From Lama glama (taxonomy: Eukaryota): DNA of 64,000 nt. Where the stretch lies: NCBI GenBank assembly GCA_028534125.1, contig CM052817.1, positions 102,302,001-102,366,000 on the forward strand, in the 5' to 3' direction. The translations under genes were made by a program, and so were the position numbers. Position 1 is the first letter of the stretch; every line of letters begins with the position of its first letter. Positions 58,564 through 64,000 of the stretch are shown piece by piece. Below the pieces are notes generated by a model that had not been told where the DNA came from, ran no database searches, and saw only the letters and a program-made list of their open reading frames with translations.

Positions 58564-61500
58564 ACTGGTGGATTTTATGTAGCTTTTTGTCAAGATTTTA
58601 AAGCATACTGTTGTTGTATTTTCAGGGTAGTTTCTGCCCGACTACCTGTGGCATTGCGGATTTCCTGGCTACTTACCAAAACAGCGTGGACAAGGATCTG
58701 CAGACTTTGGAAGACATCCTACATCATGTTGAGAACAAAACGACAGAGGCCAGAGAGCTGATCAAAGCCATCCAAGTCAGTTATAACCCTGCCGAGCCGT
58801 CAAAGCCAAGTGAGACTCTAACCACCCCTGACTGGGAGAATCATCTGTGAAGTTCTTTTGCTGTGGTTTTAGCAGTTCTGTTTGCTTAAGTATTTTTATA
58901 TCTCTGACCCCATATTACAGATAGGATAGAGAGTGCTACCAAGGATTTCAAGAAAATGATGGAAGAAATTATGAAATACGAGACATTGATTTCCACACAT
59001 GAATCAACTATTCGGTAGGCATTTTTTGGTTTTAATTTGCTCTCCAAGACTGATCTAGTGTTTATTCAATATTCCAACTTTCAGTAATCTTTTGATTTTT
59101 TATTTTTTTACTTGTAGTATCTAATAGGCGTGATGCCTGGCCACCTTGAACACCGTAGAAATGGGAGTTTTTAGGCAATATGAATTGTATTGGGTTGTAA
59201 TTGCTTTTAATAATCATGTGGATGAAAGATGTTTTAGATGTCTTCAAATGCTTTATGACTATATTTACCAAAATATTCCCCCTTAGCCCCACCTGTCTTA
59301 CAGCTAAATTTGAACTGATGGGAATTTGGGTGTTGAAAATAAAACTCTTTTTATAAGAATGTCAACAAATGGGTGATAAGAAATTGCAGGCAGAGACATA
59401 GGGAGGATCTTGTCTGCAAAAGTAAATTATACTGGAGGCAGAGCAGAGAAAAAAAAAAGTGCCTAAGAGATAAGTGTAACAAACATTGTAAAGCTACATG
59501 TTAACCATGGAACCTGCAATTACATGGTCTCCTCCCTTCTCCTGAAAGTAAAATGTCTCTGTTAACAAATTCCCAGGGATTCATAGACTTTCTGAACATA
59601 CAGTCTCGGATTTGGTTTTATTTTCTTCCTCAATTTTTTCCCCCTAAATTGTTCTCAAAGAAGCATAAGAAATTGAAGTAAGTGGTGGCTGAGGAGAGGT
59701 GGCCCAGGAGGAACTTAGCCTCTTTTTTATATCAGAAGACAATTCTTATTATTATTGTGATTACTATTAGCATTATAATTTACATTCTTATTGCCCATCA
59801 TTGAAGCTGACGGAAAAATTATCTAAGGTGCAGAAGAGGAAAAAAGTGGTCGTATAGTCTGCCTATCCTGTACCTCAAAGAAAGAAATAACAGTCTATGC
59901 TCTGTAGATCGTTTTCTATCATGTTTGAATATGTACAAGCAATCCTGTGAGAAACTACAAAAGTAGGATTTTTTACACACCCCCCCCCAGCCTTTTTCTG
60001 AAGCTGTGTAAATAGAAACATCAAGAAGAAAGGGGAAATGTTTTTTGTTTAATTTTACGTAAGGTAATGCCCCAGATACTTTTCCCATGTAAGTTATAGA
60101 TTGAAGTCCATAAATAGATCTTCAGTAAACCCACCAGGGAAAAGGAATAATGCTTCGACACACGTGAATTCCTGAAGGGCCTTTCCTTCTCTAAGGATAT
60201 TCTGTCCTAACAATAATCACTAAGTGCTCTTACTGTGAATCAGGCTGATTGCTCAAGGATGTTGTTATCTGCTGCCCTTTATGCAAAAGATAAAAATCAG
60301 AATGATCACTTACAAGGATATCGTTCATGGACAATGACCTTGTTATTTTCTTTCCCAAAAACCTTAGAATTTACCTCATTTTAGTAACATCATTTTACAT
60401 TTTTTCCAACAATGGAGTAATTTATCAGGAACTAATTCTTGAGAAAAATCAAGTGGTGTATTTTAAAAAGAAAATGCAGAATGATTCCTCTGAGAGAAAC
60501 ACTCTATTATCTTATTCTTCTGCTTGTAGATTTTTGCAGGAAATATATAATTCAAATAACCAAAAAATCATTAACCTGAAACAGAAGGTGGTCCAGCTTG
60601 AAGCAAAGTGTCAGGAGCCTTGCCAAGATACAGTAAAAATATATGATACAACAGGGAAAGGTAAGTGAAAGGTTTATATTGGGCTTAAGTTCATCCAAGT
60701 AAACATAAAAAGTAAAGGAGATTATACGTATTGGAATGTATACACATACATTGGGAAATGTCTAGCCATTAAATCTAAACACTCTAATTGCTTCGACTTT
60801 TCTTGAGTAGCTGAAAATAGTTTGAAAGGAATGATGATGTGAGAAGTAAGAAAACTATTATATCTATCTTGGGATTATATTATATCTTGGGAAAGGAATA
60901 GTTTGCACCATGTTGAAAATTTCATTTTCAAGGCTGGCATAGTCTGACCTGGATTTCAAGCCACCATAAAAATGCATTCTTTTTCAGATTGTCAAGACAT
61001 TGCCAATAAGGGGGCCAGAAACAGTGGGCTTTACTTTATCAAACCTCTGAAAGCTAAGCAGCAGTTCTTAGTCTACTGTGAAATTGATGGATCTGGAAAT
61101 GGATGGACTGTGTTTCAGAAGGTATTTTTTTCCCTCACCAAGTATATTTAATAAAAACCCGGAGGGAGGGTAAAGCTCAGTGGGAGAGTGCCTGCTGAGC
61201 ATGCACAAGGTCCTGGGTTCAATCCTCAGTACCTCCACTAAAATGGTAATAAATAAACTCAAACCTAATTACCGCCCCCCAAAATAAGCAAGCAAACAAA
61301 CAAAAACCCACGTCATTCTGCTATATGCCAGATAATTTTCTAAGCAACTTGTGAACATTAACTCAACTAACCCTCGCAACTTCTCTTTGTGATAGTTCTT
61401 CCCTCTTATCTCTGTTTGCAGAGGGGGAAACGTAGGCACAAGAGGCTAAGTAACTTGCCCCCATCACATAACTGATAAGTAACAGAGTCAGGATTTAGTC

Positions 61501-63828
61501 AGGATTCTGTCTGTGCTTGGCGCTCTCCTACGCTGGCACTGCTGTTGCGGATTCATGACGGCATGGAATCATGATATCATAGTGACAAAGAACCAGACAG
61601 AGAACTAGGCAGGTACATCAACACATAGGGCTGCCCGTCACAAGAATTTAATTTGCCACGTGCCAGGCACTCTTTTAAGTCGTTTCACAGTCTCCGGTGC
61701 AATCACTGCAACAACCCTACGGAGTAAGCACCATTATTCCAGGTTTGCCGGGTGAGAAACCCGAGGCAGCTAGCCCAAGGTCACTTCGTAAATGATGAAA
61801 TCATACCCACCGTATTTTGGACAAAATGTTTATAATGTTTTCTTTATGTGCACTGACAATCCACTCTCTCCTTTGGCCCGTGCAATTGTGCAATTAGAGG
61901 CTTGATGGCAGTGAGGATTTCAATAGAAACTGGATTCAGTATAAAGAAGGATTTGGACATCTGTCTCCTACCGGAAATACAGAATTTTGGCTGGGTAATG
62001 AGAAGATTCATTTGATAAGCACACAGTCTACCATCCCGTATGTATTAAGAGTGGAGCTGGAAGACTGGAGCGGCAAAACCAGGTACTGTTAGAAAGGATT
62101 TCTAACGTTTTGTTGTAGAGACGGTCTGGAGTGTCCACTTTCCAGCTATCAGGAGACCAGTGGGAAAGACAGTCTGACAAATGCCAAGAGCATATCCAGC
62201 GAGGTTCCCTGGAGGTCAGTTCGGCTCTTGAGCAGTCCAAGGCAGTGGGTCCTATCCAGGCAGGATCTGAGAGTTTTGGTACAATCCACGTATTCTGGAA
62301 CCATACAAAATAACAGCTGACATTTCCTGAGCATTTAATAGGTACCAGAAATTAAGCATGAAATAAATTTAATCGACTCCAAATAGTTCATGAGGCAGGA
62401 ACTATTATTAATCCCATTTTGCAGATTAACTTTTCCAAGGTCGCATCACTGGTATATGGTAGACTGGATTTAAACTCAGATCGTTTAACTTTACAGTCTC
62501 TTAACCATTACCCTGGTTTAAGGGTGAATCTAGTGCCTTTAGATGTCCCAGTGCTTTAATAACCACTTAGGCAGTCAAATCCAGGAGGGACCTTAAAATT
62601 AAATCAGCCAGCTTCTTTGGTGAGCTGGATAGAGCTCCTTCTACGCTCAAAGCTGCCTGGGCACTTTGACTGCTATATACCCGATTAAAATTCTAAACAA
62701 TATCCAACCCTCTTGTTACATTTATAACATTGATGAAATACAGTCTATGTCCAAACATGTATTTTTACTTTCTAAATGTTTAACCAGAAAGTACCATAGT
62801 CAGTAGACCTTCTCCTGTGGGAACATTTCCCATTTCCCAAGTATTGGAGATCAGGAAGGCAGCTAAATGTTTTCTACAAATCTCTGTTCATGCACTAAGG
62901 CCCATTCTTCCCTGTACTCCATAGAATTCTGGCCCCATTTGCAATTTTTTTTTTCCCGAAGGAGAATCTCTCTCTGATCCTGCAGCTCATGTTTTGTGGG
63001 TCACACAGGGACCACTTCTTTTATGTGATCCTCCTTCTTGACACTGCCCCACTGCCTTGGTGAAGATAAACCCCTTTAGGACCTCATCCTTTAGAGGGTA
63101 CACGTGGCTAATGGAACCATCGCTTCTTCAAGGGGGCTGCATTAATTAATGGTCACTCACTGTCAGATAATGAATGCTGTTTATTGGAACTGGGTGTGTA
63201 CAAGTTCAACACTGAGATAAAAGTGGAAAATATAAAATTAGTCAGATCCATCCACATGTCTGGATTGGATATTTGGCTCCTATAGGCAGAAGGCATTCAA
63301 ATGGCTGAAGTTTTTAGTTTTCCCTGGGATTTCCTGAAGGCTTCTAGACCCATCCTGGGTGGTTCTGATGACCTACCCACTGGTTCACACAACCATTGTC
63401 CTTTGCCAGATTTGCAGAAAATTTTATTCAGTGAACACATGTCAGACTTAAGGAGCAGAGTCAAAAACCAACAATTGTCCTGTGAAAGGGGGAACTTCTG
63501 AGACGCCTTCTGAGGTTCAGGGTCTAAGGTGTCTGTTCTCTTCTTTGCAGCACTGCGGACTATTCCACATTCAGTGTGGGTCCTGAGAGTGACAAATACC
63601 GCATGAAGTATGCCTACTTCATTGGTGGAGATGCCGGAGATGCGTTTGATGGCTTCGATTTTGGCGAGGATTCTAGTGACAAGTTTTACACATCCCACAA
63701 TGGCATGCAGTTCAGTACCTGGGACAACGACAATGATAAGTTTGAAGGCAACTGTGCTGAACAGGATGGGTCTGGTTGGTGGATGAACAAGTGTCATGCT
63801 GGCCACCTCAACGGCGTTTATTACCAAG
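58184..63828 (+). CDS. FGG: Fibrinogen gamma chain precursor, exons 1-8 (3'-partial; later exons lie beyond the window)
   Basis: Exons 58184-58261, 58363-58407, 58626-58809, 58921-59014, 60530-60660, 60988-61121, 61898-62082, 63551-63828, all GT-AG and in frame. Peptides [28 protein letters not shown] sequon, [30 protein letters not shown]. Confidence 0.97.
61161..61301 (+). mobile_element. Camelid tRNA-derived SINE (vic-1-like) in FGG intron 6
   Basis: ggagggagggtaaagctcagtgggagag...gggttcaatcc; TSD AAAAACCC (61153-61160 and 61302-61309). Confidence 0.88.
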
Positions 63829-64000
63829 GTATGGCTTTCGTCTTCAAACATATGAATTTGTGTATAGTCTGTATTTTTAGAGAAGATAAGACATAAATAT
63901 AAGGAAATGAGAAATAATTAGTAAGGATGCCGGGGGCTTATGATATAGTTCTTTAGTTTAAGCCAGAATTGGATAATGCTAGCTTATACCTCAAATTGGC

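Noticed and set aside
61907..61930. FGG DGSEDF instead of human DGSVDF
   Set aside because: Single substitution at a position that varies among fibrinogen-related domains; the gene is otherwise intact.
63297..63851. 184-aa minus-strand ORF
   Set aside because: Antisense shadow of FGG exon 8 with no independent coding signal.

Overview
Mammalian genomic DNA, almost certainly camelid: it encodes fibrinopeptide B ATDYDEEEDDRVKVRLDAR and carries vic-1-type tRNA-derived SINEs. The window is three contigs joined by two exactly 500-N gaps (14058-14557, 48015-48514). It holds the complete PLRG1 gene (minus strand, 15 coding exons, 513 aa), the complete fibrinogen beta gene FGB (plus strand, 9 coding exons including a 21-nt micro-exon, 484 aa), and exons 1-8 of fibrinogen gamma FGG (plus strand, running off the window end). 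The rest is intronic or intergenic DNA rich in L1, L2, MIR, SINE, MITE and LTR relics. Main observations: (1) FGG is co-oriented with FGB and FGA is not between them, unlike the usual FGB(+)-FGA(-)-FGG(-) order; this is probably a flipped contig at the second gap. (2) A decayed genomic (intron-flanked) copy of PLRG1 exon 2 lies ~8 kb downstream of PLRG1, with weaker colinear exon-like relics beyond it. (3) A micro-exon builds the middle of fibrinopeptide B, and two upstream FGB ATGs are lost. (4) A 148-bp inverted duplication abuts an L1 5' junction. I found no convincing novel protein-coding system. All alignments and repeat-family labels were made by eye.
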